Origin: the human T2T-CHM13v2.0 reference genome, Homo sapiens
Reading direction: 5' to 3' (one strand)
Length of the DNA stretch: 64,000 nucleotides
NCBI RefSeq assembly: GCF_009914755.1
Contig: NC_060927.1
Position numbers and translations under genes: made by a program. Positions within the stretch are counted from its first letter, which is position 1, and every line of letters starts with the position of its first letter. Positions 27,970 through 41,162 of the stretch are shown here, one piece after another. Below the pieces are notes generated by a model. The model saw nothing but the letters and a program-made list of their open reading frames with translations, had not been told where the DNA came from and made no database searches.

Positions 27970-28576
27970 TGCAGTTAACTAATTTTTGTTGATTGTACAG
28001 TAGTAAATACAACCACAATGGGAAAAAGATAGTCTCTTCAATAAATGGGTGCTAGGAAAACTAGATGCAAAAGAATTAGGAATCTTATCTTACACCATAC
28101 ACAAAATTCAACTGAAAATGGATAAAAGACCTAAATGTAAGAACTGAAACCGTAAAACTCCTACAAGAGAAACAGGAGAAAAGCTCCTAGGCATTGGCCT
28201 TCACAATATTTTTTTTTTTGTATAATACACCAAAAGGTCAGGCTACAAAACTAAAAACAAAGAAGACATAGATATGGCCAATAGGCATATGAATAGATTC
28301 TCAACATCATCATCATCAGGGAAATATAAATTAAAACCAATATAAGATATCATTTCAAACCTGTTAGTATGGCTATTATTAAAAAGACAAGAAATAACAA
28401 GTATTGACAAGAGTGTGAAGAAAAAAAACACTTGTACACTGTTGGTGGATTATAGATTGGTGTAGCTATTAATGGCAGTCAGTATGAGCGATCCTAAAAA
28501 AATTAAAAATAGAACTACTATACAACCTACAAATTCCTCTTCTGGATATATGCACAAAAGAGGTGAAATCACCATC

Positions 28577-28942
28577 TGTTATGGTTTGACTGTGTCCCCA
28601 CCCAAATCTCATCTTGAATTGTAGCTCCCACAATTCCTACATAACATAGGAGGGAACCAGTGGGAGGTAACTGAATCATGGGGGCGGGTCTTTCCCATGC
28701 AGTTGTCATGACGGTGAGTAAGTCTTATAAGAACTGACGGTTTTATAAAAGTTCCCCTGCACAAGTTTTCTCTCTTTCCTGCCATCATGTAAGATGTGCC
28801 TTTGCTCTTCCTTCACTTTCTGCCATGACTATGAGGCCTCCCCAGCCACGTGGAACTGTTGAGTCCATTAAACCTCTTTTTGTTCATACATTACCCAGTC
28901 TTGGGTGTGTCTTTATCAACTGCATGAAAATGGACTAATACA
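28577..28942 (+). mobile_element. THE1B/C solo LTR nested in L1MA
   Basis: tgttatggtttgactgtgtcccc...ggactaataca; degenerate TSD ccatc/ctacc. Confidence 0.9.
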
Positions 28943-29061
28943 CTACCTTATATCTGCACTCCATGTTCATTGCAGCATTGTTCACAATAGCTAAGATAGG
29001 GAAACAAGCTAAGTGTCCACTGATGAACAAATGGATAAAGAAAATGTTATACATAGGCACA

Positions 29062-29062
<1 letters not shown>

Positions 29063-29095
<33 letters not shown>
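29063..29095. repeat. (AC)n microsatellite
   Basis: About 16 AC units, read directly. Confidence 0.95.
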
Positions 29096-29098
<3 letters not shown>

Positions 29099-29612
29099 TT
29101 ACACACAAACAATGGAATATTATTCAGCCGTTTAGAAAAAAAACATGTTGCAGCATTTGCCACAAAATGAATGGACCCAGAGGACATTATGCTAAGTAAA
29201 ATAACCCAGACACAGAAAGAAAATATATTATCTCACATATATGCAGAATCTTTAAAAAAAAGTCAAACATACAGAGATACAGAATAAAATAGTGGTTATT
29301 CACGGGCAGGAGTCGGGGGAGGAACTGGAAGATGCAATTCAAAGGGTACAAATGAGCAGATATGTAGGATGAATTAGTCTAGAGAGCTTATGTACAACAT
29401 AAGAACTCCAGTTAATAAAATTTTATTGTATTAGGGATTTTTGTTAAGTAAGTAGGTTTTAGCCACTCCAGTCACAAAAATAACTATGTGAGATGATGAA
29501 TATGTTGATTTGCTTCATTATAATAATCATTTTACTAATGTCTAGATGTAGCCCATATCATGTTGTAAACTTCAAATACACATGATGAAATTTATTTATT
29601 TTTTTTAAAAGT

Positions 29613-29905
29613 AGACCAGGCATGGTGGCTCACGTCTGTAATCCCAGCACTTTGGGAGGCTGAGGCAGGAGGATTATTTGAGATCAGGAATTCAATATGG
29701 GCCTGGCCAACATGGTGAAACCCCAGTTCTACTAAAAATACACACAAAAAATAAACTGGGTGTGGTGGCTCATGCCTGTTATCCCAGCTACTACTGAGAC
29801 TGAGGCATGAGTATCCCTTGAACCTAGGAGGCAGAGGCTGCAGTGAACCGAGATCACGCTACTGCACTTCAGCCTGGATGACAAACTGTCTCAAAAAAAA
29901 AAAAA
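29613..29905 (+). mobile_element. AluS (Sx/Sz-like)
   Basis: Full dimer with A tail; short flanking direct repeat aaaagta. Confidence 0.9.
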
Positions 29906-31035
29906 GTAAGGAATTTACACTCACTGAAGGTTTTAGTATAAAGATAATCAGAGTTCAAAATTCAGATATTATTTTCAAGGTCTGTAAATATCTTTTAAAA
30001 CATAAATTTCTGCTTGCTTCTGTCCTTATAGTAATAGATAGAGCTAGAAAGCAGAGCAAAGTTTGGGCACACACAGGAAGAATGCCATGTGAAGACAGAG
30101 GCAGATATTTGAGTGATGCATCTAGGGGCCAAGGAATGTCAAGGATTGTCAGCAACCACCTGTACCTAGAAAGAGGCAATGAAGAAGGAAGAATGCTTCC
30201 TTAGAGACTTCATTTCAGACATCTAGGCCCCAGAATTAAGAGAAAATAAATTTCTGTTGCTTTAAGCAACCTGGTTTGTGGCACATTCTGATGGCAGCCT
30301 TAGGGACCTACTACATTACTGCCATCATCGTGGCTGCTTCATACAGCATGAGAAGCTGAGGAGTAGCTTTCTTCCAGTTATGCATGCAGGCACCGGGGTG
30401 AGTGTCCTAAAGGGGCTTAATATTTCTTTGGTTCATTGGTATCCCCCAAACCCAAAGTATGACTCCGCTTTGCTTTCCAAATCCACTACTACTATAGGAG
30501 CAGAAGCTAGAAGAAATTTTGTGTTTTAAAGAGTATTACAGACTCCTGCAAAAAACATGTGGATTCAGAATTCTGATTATCTCTATGCTAAAACTATACA
30601 TTGTGACTGTATTTTCTCCCATTTTACTTTTTGTTTGTTTCCCCAGCTACAAACCCCACTTCATTAAGTAAGAATTAAAGACAAGATAAAGAAAGTCTAA
30701 TAAGTAGACTTAAGAGTGGGGCAAAAGAGGAAAGGAAAATGAGAACAGGATTATCATAGAAGTTCAGAGTGATGGATGGGCCACAACTTTTCTTTCTAAC
30801 AGCATGCATTAAAAACAACAACAAATTAAGTGTGTAATTTAGGAAGGCCATACAACAAAACCAATTACTAAGCAGTATTTTTTCTGATACTACTACCAAA
30901 CAGGAATTTCTTTCAGGACTTTGTTATAAAGAATAAAATTCTTGAGCACACTCTACAATAGACTTAATGTCAAACTTTAGAGGGCTATTTTTATAATCAT
31001 CCTCCATACAGTTTGAGGGTTTCTCTCAAACAACA

Positions 31036-31264
31036 TGGCAGTACCATAATCATAGCTGCAAACTTCTGAGCTCAAGCAGCCCTCTCAACTTCTAGAGTAG
31101 ATGGGGCTACAGGCATACACCACAATGTCTGGCTAATTTTTTAATTCTTTTTTTGATACAGCCAGGGTTTCACTATATCTCCCAGACTGGTATCAAACTC
31201 ATGATCTTCCTACCTCCGCCTCCCAAAGCTCTGGGATTATAGGCATGTGCCACTGTGACTGGCC
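31036..31264 (-). mobile_element. Degenerate AluJ fragment
   Basis: 'gagctcaagcagccctc...ctggctaatttt...cctcccaaagctctgggattataggcatgtgccactgtgactggcc'. Confidence 0.8.
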
Positions 31265-32112
31265 TTTGGCATTGTTTTAAAAGAGCTGTTTCAGCACACA
31301 ATCTGAGGGTAACTGAATATAACTGACCAGGATTTGATCTATTGGATTGGGGATTCACATCTGACCATTGTCCTAAGAGGTTAATGTCCTAAGGTTTGAG
31401 GCTGATGTGCTAATCCACATAACCTCCAAAACATGTCCTCCTTTCTTTCCCCTTTTCTTCCCTTCCTTTCTGTTGCCACCTTGCCTCCTGTAAGAATAGT
31501 TCATTCATTCTCTCTGACGTCTTTGAATTTCCAGTGGTTATTTCATTTAGGTCCCGTTGTTGGAACATTCACTGCACTAAGTAAATAAATGTAGAAGGAA
31601 ATAAATGACTCTATTTCATTTGGAGGAGAGGAGTTGCTCATACTATGTACTCATAAGGGGGGCACTAAAATGATGGCAATTACATGGAGGCATGGATCAA
31701 GGGTCCTGAAACCAAAGAAAGCCTCATAGTGGCCAATGAAAGAGAAATGAAGCAGGGGGAACTAACAGTGGCCTAAAATAAAAAGTTCTAAGTTTTGTTC
31801 CAATTCTTCCGCCACTGCTGAAGATTATTTGTGTGAATAAATTTAGGAATCTGGAATTTAACATAAGACTTCTTTGTGAATCGGAAGTTCACATTTTAGC
31901 TTTGGCTCAATGGCTATCATTTTACTTGTGAACATTTAGCCAAGTATGTAATACGCTTAATTTCTACATTTGTAAAATAGGAAATAATTGCCCATGATTA
32001 CCTTTGGGGAACTCGGAAAACTTGAGATCGTAAATGTGAAAGTTCTGTGAACATCATGAAAACCAATAAATATGACACAATATTGGAATTTCAGTAATCA
32101 AGAATGTTGTAG

Positions 32113-32315
32113 GACCATAGTCACCATGTTGTGCTTTCATATACTAGAATTTATTCACCCTATCTTACTACATTTCAGTATCCATTAACCATTCCCACTT
32201 TCCCCACCCCCACTTCCAAGCCTCTGGTAATTGTCATTCTATTCATTATTGCCATTAGTTCGACTGTTTTCATTTTTAATTTCCACATATGAGGGAGAAC
32301 ATGTGAAGTATGTAT
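32113..32315 (-). mobile_element. L1MA 3' UTR fragment
   Basis: 'catagtcaccatgttgtgc...cctctggtaattgtcattcta...ttccacatatgagggagaacatg'. Confidence 0.7.
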
Positions 32316-34366
32316 TCATCAAAATTAAAAGTTAAAAAAAAAGAAAAATTTTGTAGGAATGTGGTAACAGAGAAAGTCAAATAAAGTGTGGCTGAGATTT
32401 CTCTTGCCAGAGTCTGTATTTTATCATGACATTTTAGGCAGAAACGGGCTAACTAAGTCTCCATTGGAAGTACCATATCATCTAAAAATTCAGTATTCTG
32501 TGCTGAAAAGTATTCTTCTCCTAAATAGCATTTTCAAATATTGTTTTTTAGGTACCATTTTTATCATTTACAAATACGTAAATCTAGAAAGAAGACACAA
32601 AATTACACTATATTTGTCATGGTAGGATTGTGAGTGGTTTATTTTATTTGTAAAAGAAATGGCAATCAATGAATATTACTTAAAAGTTGCCTGCATAGGG
32701 AAGAATTTCTGCATCTTGAACTAAGGATAAATAATACAATTTATGTAGAATTTTGCTTTTGGCACCATTCCAAAATGAAAACTTTTGATATTTTATTATT
32801 CATGAAATTTCATGAACAATACTTCACTTTTAGTTGGTCATCATCATAACTTATCATCAAATTATCCAATTGCATTCATGTGAAAGGCACTACACAAAAT
32901 AAAATAATGAAGATGAACCCTGCCACTTTTTTATTCTGTGAAATAATTGTAGGAGAGAGATATATCTCCGGACTTTTGCTCTCCATCTGGGTTTATTCCT
33001 AAGGAAGGAGGGCCTTTCCTATTTTGCATCCTGAAAATGCTGTAATGCAGGACAGATTTCAGAGAAGACAGGCCACATTGCAGTGTCAAAGGTGGCCCTC
33101 TGAAAATGGGAACCATTTCCCTCATCTTTGCCCTGCAGACACCTAGAGATGCACATGTAAATGCGTCACTCCTTATACACATGAAACACGTTCAGTACGA
33201 GCAAACAGGGGGAGGCATCTCTGGCAAAAACAAGCCCTAATTCTCCATGAGTTTCCACCTTTTTTTCCGTTTCTCTTGTTCTTATCCTCCTTGTCACTTT
33301 TAGAAATAATATTTTAGAAATACAATTTAGCAATTATATTGCTAACTATAAATATAGAAATTATATGATTATATAATACATATATACAATATAATTACAT
33401 ATTACATAATAAATATAAATGAAATATAGCACTTATATCGCTACTGTTACAATGGATTAAGCACATGGCAATAATAACAATTACTGTTTTCCTCAAAGAG
33501 AAAAAAAATTATCTTTACTCATTACAAGTCCAGGGCTAAGAAGCCCTGAGTCTCTTCTTGGTGCTACCATGAAACAAACCCCCTTACCCAAGGTGCTCTG
33601 CTCTTGAGGAAACCTCCTCACCATTAAGACTGATACAGAAGAAACAACCATTGGGCGGCTATATAGTCATAATTATTTCTGAAGCATATGTGGGTGGTGT
33701 TTTTAAAAACAATAAGGTATGAAATGAAGCTCTTTGCAAGTACTTCACCTGCATTTAAACGTGAACACATATACCTGCGTATATAATTAGATGTAATTGG
33801 AATAATATGGGCCCTCCAGGAGAGATGCTATGTTGTTAAAGGGCTTTCAGTTGCTTTCTAAAGAGAATTAATTTCCTGGAAAATAGAAAGCTTTGTGAAA
33901 TATGTATTACAAAGGATACATTTTTCCCAACCTCTACTTTTACCTAGTTAGCTAATTATCATTTCCAAATATACACATACACATAAATTCATTCATATAT
34001 ATTCTGCTCAAGACTATTTCAGGAAAAGCATTTTTTCAGGTATTTTTAATCATAAACTATATGCGAATCGAGATTTTTTTAAAAGGAAAGCAGATTTTAG
34101 TTATATCTAAAAAAAGAGTCTTATCATTTCACTGTCCAAGTAAACATCCATAAAATGTCACTAGATATGCATATTAGACCCACAGTTTACCATAGAGGTG
34201 GTGGTGGCATTTTGTTTATTTTGCTTCTGAGGGTAAGGATGGGATCTTTTTGGAGCCCTGACCCAGAGATATTCTTGGACTCATACTCTGTCCTAAATAT
34301 CTGTACTTCTTTCCATCTGCTTTTGGTTCTTCACACCATTTTCTGTTTCGATTTTTGTTTCTCATC

Positions 34367-34787
34367 CGTATTAGTCAGGATTCTCTAGAGAAACAGAACC
34401 AACAGGATGTGTATATCTGTCTATACAGAGAATTATTTTAAGGAATTGGCTCGTGGAATTGTGGAGACTTGGTAGATCCAAAATCTGCAGGGTAGCCTGG
34501 CAGGCTGGAGACACTAGCAAGAGCTGCAGTTTGAGTGCAAAGGCTGTCTGCTGGCACAATTCATTCTTGCTCAAGAGAGGTCAGACTTTGCTCTATTAAG
34601 GCCTTTGACTGATGGGATGAGGCCCAACCACATTAGGGAAGGCAATCTGCTTACTCAATCAATATCCATTGATTTATACATTAATCTCATCCAAAAATGG
34701 CCATTACAGAAACATCCAAAATACTATTTGACCAAATATCTGGCTACTGTGGCCCAGCCAAGTTGATACACAAAATTAGCCATCACA
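34367..34787 (-). mobile_element. MLT2B-like (ERVL) solo LTR
   Basis: 'gtattagtcaggattctctagagaaacagaacc...gttgatacacaaaattagccatcaca'; TSD tcatc/ttatc. Confidence 0.9.
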
Positions 34788-36867
34788 TTATCTACTGAAA
34801 ATAGTCATCTTGCCATTGTCCTCTGTGATTCTTTAGGAAGTACTTTTCGAAAGACACAGTAGGGAATGTTTCTCTGTGATAAGACATATGAAGTAGGGGG
34901 AGAATATGCCTTGCAATTTAAATCCTAGTTGTGCTGTTCTCCGGATGATTTACTTTAGTGAAATTATTTACACAAGGCTTGCTTTTTTATCTGTGAAATG
35001 AGGATAGATCTTTCCATTAATTCGCATTTCATTGATTTGCTCCTATTTGAGATATACAGACTGAATTATTAGTTTTCTAATATCTCCAAGATTAAAAATA
35101 TTTTCTCCAAGCTATGTTTTCTTGTTAAGTTTTTAAAATTTACATTTGCATAGTACCTGAAATTTTCAGTTAGATTATCTCCTTCCAATTCCACTGGATG
35201 TGGTGGGTTTTATGGAAAAAATATCTGGAATCCTTTCCTAGCCAAACCTATTTTCCTTCTGTTTATTTCCTTACTACTTAAATTTTAAATAGAGGAGGAT
35301 ATAAAAGAAGAATAAACACCAAGTAGCAATTACCTATAATAGTCTTAATAGTATAAAATTTAAAACTTTAATGAAAATTGGAGATTATCTTTACACTTAA
35401 AAAGTAAGTTAAACTTCAACAGTAACGAAGACCTACTACAGAAACAAATTCACTTACAAGGAAGTAACAGGAAGACAAAGTTTCTGATGTTTTTCTCAAA
35501 TTCCAGTTTGATCATTTGGTGTCTCCTTAGCTCTTATCTCTTTCTAAGGGCAACCAGTTGTATTTTAAGTGAAGTTTTAATTATAGTTGTTTGATTAGTA
35601 AGTAGTTCTTGAAACTTTAAGACAGAGTTTAGGTTGCTTTGCTATTTAATTCATTCAAAATAGTCTTACATCTTACACTGTGGCTACCCTTTTAGTGAGA
35701 AGTGCAGTGATATGTACATAGGATATTACAAAAAAAAACACCCAAAACATTGTGACATTGTGAATGTGCTAATTACGGTGCTACCACTGTCATTATTTTA
35801 AGAAATTATTACTGGGAGAGAACAAAGTAGATTTTTGAATGGTTACTAAATAGAGAATTACTTTTCAAGGAAAATTTTGTTCACCTTCATTCTCCTAGAG
35901 GTATTAAAGAGGAACAAATGTATAGCAAGAAAAAAATGGTACATTGCTCAGTATGTTTTTCATAATTAAAAATGCATCTATGATTCAAAATAACTGTACT
36001 TAAAATCTTCAACTGATATGTAATATATTCACAAATTAGAAGACTATATAAAGTCCAAGGATAAAAAATGTATAGAATGCTTACTCATGTGTTCATGTAT
36101 GCATATACACATACATGACATCATATCAAATGATGATGATATATATCAAATACATATCATTTTCCCTCCAGAGAACTATAATTTACTTTCTTTCTTGGTT
36201 AAACTTCATCACTATCTTAGGTTTTTCAATCACAAAACTTGTACAGGCAGAAAATAATCAACAGTTTTACTCCAGAGTGTGTGAAAATGTTTTCATATAG
36301 CTCTGTTATTAACAATAATGACCTCAGCACAATGGATTTCCAGGGGAATTAATGACGGGGGTTAATGGCCCGAGGCAAAGCCAGCCAGTCATGAATCCCT
36401 AAGAAATGCCCTGTGCTTTGATCATTATTGCTTCATTACAACATAAAAATAATCAGAAACAATTACAGTCAGAACTATGGGAACAGTTCAGCCTTGAAAA
36501 TTAACTCTATCAGGCTTGAAGTTGAAGATTCCATTGCTTCCAGTGGATTTAATATAAACAATCCTGAAACCAAAAGAATTAATACAAATGATACAGAAAC
36601 ACAATGTGATCCTGAGTGGCCAATATTCCAACTGAAATCAGAACCGTGGCTGGGTAAGCAAAGAAAGTGAAATGAGCCTGTACAAATAAAACACCAAGCA
36701 AACAGACCTGAACTTAGAATTTTAAAGAGGTATATTTATCTCATGCTCAGAAAACAGGAAAAAATTATTTCTTCAATGGTATCGTATTTTGATGAATTCC
36801 AGTAAAATATTAAAAGGGAAGAAAAAAAAGAAAACATAATTCTTTAAAAATTTTTGAAATAAATTCC

Positions 36868-36871
<4 letters not shown>

Positions 36872-36909
<38 letters not shown>
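36872..36909. repeat. (GT)n microsatellite
   Basis: About 19 GT units. Confidence 0.95.
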
Positions 36910-36914
<5 letters not shown>

Positions 36915-37473
36915 CATACATACATATATTTAATTTGGGGGCAAAAATAAAAATTATTCTGCATTTGTACATAATGTAAACCTTTTGCAAAGCAATATAT
37001 TGTTGCATTAAAAGATGTCTGGGTAAATTCTTGAAATTGAACATGCATATTTCATAAAACTAAGGTAACTTTTTTCCGCCATATTTCTCACTAACAATGT
37101 CCTCATCAAGAAGACCAGTAACCTTTTCCCGTACTTCCCCCACTCTTATATACTGTGGAATGATTACCACAATCAAACTAATTAACATAGCCACTACCTT
37201 CCACAGTTAACATTTTTGTGTGTGGGGGGTGTCTTTGTGTGTAATGTGAACTTTAAGTTCTACTCTCTTAGCAAATTTCAAGACTACAATACAGTATTAT
37301 TAGCCATAGCTTTCATGCTGTACATTAGATCTTCAGAACTTATACATCCTGTATAACTGAAGTTCTGTACCCTTTACCCATCTCCCCATCGTCTTTCCCT
37401 CCTCCCTGCTCCTAGCAATCACCATTCTCCTCTCTGCTTCTATAAGCGTGTGCTTTTTGGATTTCACATATAA

Positions 37474-37793
<320 letters not shown>

Positions 37794-38049
37794 CTGTTTT
37801 TCTTTTTGTACCTAGTTTATTTCACTTAGCATAATGTACTCCAGATTCATCTATGTTGTCATAAATGACACAACTTTTCTCTTTTTTAAAGCTGAAAAAT
37901 AACTCCATTGTATTATATATACCATATTTTCTTTATCTATTCATCCACTGGTAGACACTTGGGTTGTTCTCATATGTTGGTTATGGTGAATAACACTACA
38001 ATAAACATGAGAATGCAGGTATCTTTTCCAAATACCGATTTTATGTTTT

Positions 38050-38645
38050 TAAAAATAAGTAATTCAAAATCTAGGCTGTTGGACCCTTAAAATATTTTGA
38101 GCCTTCAGGAAATATAATTATGGAACCTGGGTCCCCTAAGCAGGCAGCTGTAAACTAAGCAGCTGTAACCTTTGTTGCTCTGATTATAGATTAACCTTTT
38201 TCTTTACCTATATTGTTTTGTAAATTGTCGTAAAGGACTTAAGAACCCCAAGGAAGATGCATTCCCTCTAAACTGTTGGCCTTTACTGTAGATTAACTTC
38301 CCTCTTTTCTTTCTCACACAAAGAATTCACGAGTAGCACATTGTCTAAGACAGAAAGTTGCACACAATCATAAATTGAGAAGGAAATAAAAAAGCTGTAA
38401 AGAAAAGAGAACAAGCTGTAACTAATTAAATTCCTGTAACTTATAAACCATCCTCATATAGGAAACGTTATAATCCTACTAAGTTTCCTTGTTTTCTGAC
38501 TAGTTAAGCAAGACTGTAACTTTTATCTTCAGATTACTGACCCTATTTTCCTGAAGTCTGTTTCCTGGATGACAATCCTCAATTTTTAGCTGAAAGAAAG
38601 TCTTTAAAACGGAATTTTGATTATTTCAACTACTTCAGGATGACA
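38050..38645 (+). mobile_element. ERV1 solo LTR (MER4-group, LTR59-like, tentative) nested in L1
   Basis: About 600 bp of non-L1 sequence with repeated 'gcagctgtaa' and an end 'cttcaggatgaca'; L1 sequence resumes immediately after. Confidence 0.6.
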
Positions 38646-39837
38646 ACATATAATTAGAAATGGGATTGCCGGGTTATAATGTAGCTCTTTTTAAAATATT
38701 TTGACCCCTCTGTAAACTTTCGCATAATGGCTGTACTAATTTATATCCCTACTAATAGTGTACAACAGTTCCATCCTTCCCAATATTTGTTATCTCTTCT
38801 TTTTGATAATAGTCATCTTAATAAATGCTATGAGGTGATGTGTTATATAAGATATGAGGTGATGTGTCATTATGGTTTTAATTTGCATTTTCCTGATGGT
38901 TAGTGACATAAAGCATCTTTTCATATACCTGTTGGACATTTATATGTCTTCTTTTGAGATGTCTATTATGGCCCTTTTCCTAGTTTTTAATTGTGTCCTT
39001 TTTTTCTCACTATTGAGTTGCTAATATATTCTGCCTACTAACCTCTTGATTCCATAGATTGTCTCTTTACTCTGTTGATTGTTTCTTTTGTTGTGGAGAA
39101 ATTTTTAGTTTGATGCAATCCCATTTGTCTGTTTTTGTTTTGTATCCTATGCTTTGGAGGTCCTATCCAAAAATTCATCACCCAGGTCAATGTCAAGCAG
39201 CATTTTCCCTGTTTTCTGCTAGAAGTTTTATAGTTTCGTGTTTTAACTTTCTATCTTTAATCGATTTTCAGTTGATTTTTGTATATGATATAAGGTACAA
39301 TTTTATTCTTCTATATGTGGATATGCAGTTTTCTTAGCACTATTCATTTATTAAAGAGATTTTCCTTTTCCTGTTGTGTATTCTTAACACTTTTTTCAAA
39401 GGTCATTTGACTGTAAATATATGAATTTACTTCTAGGCTCTCTACTCTGTTCCCTTGGACTATATGTCTGTGTTTATGCCAATATCATATTGTTTTGATT
39501 ACTATAGCTTTATAGTGTATTTCAAATCAGGTAGTGTAATGCCTTTAGCTTTGTTATTATTCAAGATTGCTTTGGCTGTTTGGGTTGTTTTGTGGTTCCA
39601 CATGAATTTTAGGATTTGTTTTTTAAGTCTGTAAAAAATGCCTTTAGAATTTTGATAGAAATTCCACTGAATCTGTTCAACACTTTGGTTAGAATGAACA
39701 TTTAAATAATAATAACATTTTCAATCCATGAACACAGAAGATTTCCACTTATCTTTGTCTTCAATTTCTTTCATCAGTGTTTTATAGCTTTCAGTAAAAG
39801 ATCATTCACCTCCTTGGATTCATTTATTCCTAAGTAT

Positions 39838-40332
39838 TGATAGTGATAGGAGGTGGGCAAATTCTTAGGCAGACAGGAATGGATCCCCAGTGAAACTCAA
39901 CCTTCGAGCCAAGGACAGTCTAAAGTCTGAAAACCAAGCTACAAGTTCCAGATAAATTTGTGGACCAATTGAGAGCTCCCATTCACATTTGGTGTGCTCT
40001 CTCCCAATTGGTCCTTATCCTTCACCTATTTTATATATATCTACCTATACCCTTCCTACACTATTATGCCTATTTCTGAATGGTGCTTTTTCTAGCATAG
40101 CCACAGACCAATCAGCATGCACTTACCCATTTCAAGCCCATAAAAACCCTTAGACTCAGCCTTGTGGCATCAACCCACCTTCAGGTCCCCTCTCACTGTT
40201 AAGAGCTTTTCTGTCACTCAATAAATTCTACTCTGCCTTACTCACTCTCTGGTGTCTGTGTACCTCATTCTTCTAGGCTGTGGGACAAGAACACAGAGCT
40301 CATTAAACTATGGGAGTAAAAGAGCTGCAACA
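39838..40332 (+). mobile_element. 5' LTR of a class I provirus (LTR27/MER61-group)
   Basis: TG...CA ends (tgatagtg...gctgcaaca), CCAAT boxes, TATA-like 'cataaaaa' at about 40139, AATAAA at about 40220; followed directly by a PBS. Confidence 0.85.
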
Positions 40333-40337
40333 TTTCT

Positions 40338-40355
40338 TGGGGACTCATCTGGGAT
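40338..40355 (+). promoter_or_regulatory. Retroviral primer-binding site, tRNA-Pro type
   Basis: tggggactcatctgggat matches TGGGGGCTCGTCCGGGAT at 15 of 18 positions; two of the mismatches are CpG-type decay. Confidence 0.8.
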
Positions 40356-41162
40356 TGTTGGAAGGCTGAGTAAAAGCAGACTTATGGCTCTTTACTTTCA
40401 CTTCTGAGGCTTCTCATCCTCAGGAATTTTCACAAACAGATAAAACACCAGGCATCTGTCAGCCAGTTAAGAGTGAATACCATGGCTGCTGGTCTGCAAG
40501 ACTCAGAGGGTATACTTGTTGGGAAGGGCTTGGTCAATCCCCCTTAACCCTCAGGTGTTAGGAATGTTGGCCTTGTTCCAATCCACTTTCCTTTCATGAA
40601 AGTCTAGCCATTGCATGGGATCGGAATAAGGTCCTAGGGCAGGTGGAGGTATCTGGCTGAGGCTACATCTTGACATTACTCAAGGGCCCCTAGACCAGCC
40701 CCAGTCCATGGCAGCCCATTTGGGTGTCTGACAAAGACTTTCAATCTTTCCTATCATGTTTTTTTCCTACTGTTCTTCTGGGAAATGTTATGTTATGAGA
40801 AATGTTCATGTTTGTTAGTGTCTCTTTAAGAAATTGGTTCTTTTCGGGGCAGGATGCCTGGCTATGCCTGATAACGTTAAATAAGATGCCAGCCAAATTG
40901 GAATTAGAGGGAAAGCATATGCAGGGACTCCCTGGATCCACCTTAGTCTTGAGCTTAGACAGTGAAATCAAAGGCAGTTGACAAGGAGGGTCAAGGTTGA
41001 GCGCAGGTAAGTGCAACTGCTCCTTCCAGCCTGATCCTCCTCTGGTCATGAATGGCAGTTGCACATGCATCCATGACCAAGGTGAGCCTGAGGGATGTCT
41101 CGGACTCTAGGATAGCAGAGGGAAAGACTAAGAGACTCCTTTTTCTCCCTCTCTCTTTCCAG

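Larger units (their letters stand above)
27572..29610 (+). mobile_element. 5'-truncated L1MA (L1MA5-like): ORF2 C-terminus plus 3' UTR
   Basis: ORF2 motifs 'gatagtctcttcaataaatgg' and 'aaatggataaaagacctaaatgtaag'; ORF 28963-29199 MFIAALFTIAK is the L1 ORF2 end; 3' UTR 'gatatgtaggatgaattagtctagagag'. Confidence 0.85.
27443..30315 (+). mobile_element. MLT1C-like LTR split in two (27443-27571 and about 30021-30315) by an L1MA insertion
   Basis: The left part 'ggttgaattgtgtccccccaaaa...gagatcatactggattaggg' and the right part 'tgtccttata...gccatgtgaagacagaggcaga...aataaatttctgttgctttaagc' are colinear with one LTR. Confidence 0.8.

Noticed and set aside
27485-28018. 177-aa minus-strand ORF
   Set aside because: It spans three unrelated repeats (MLT1C, L1, MER44A), is AT-rich and has no recognisable domain, so it is a chance ORF.
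33070-33225. CTCF-like words (caaaggtggccc; aacagggggaggc)
   Set aside because: Only partial matches to the CTCF core; cannot be supported without PWM scoring or ChIP data.
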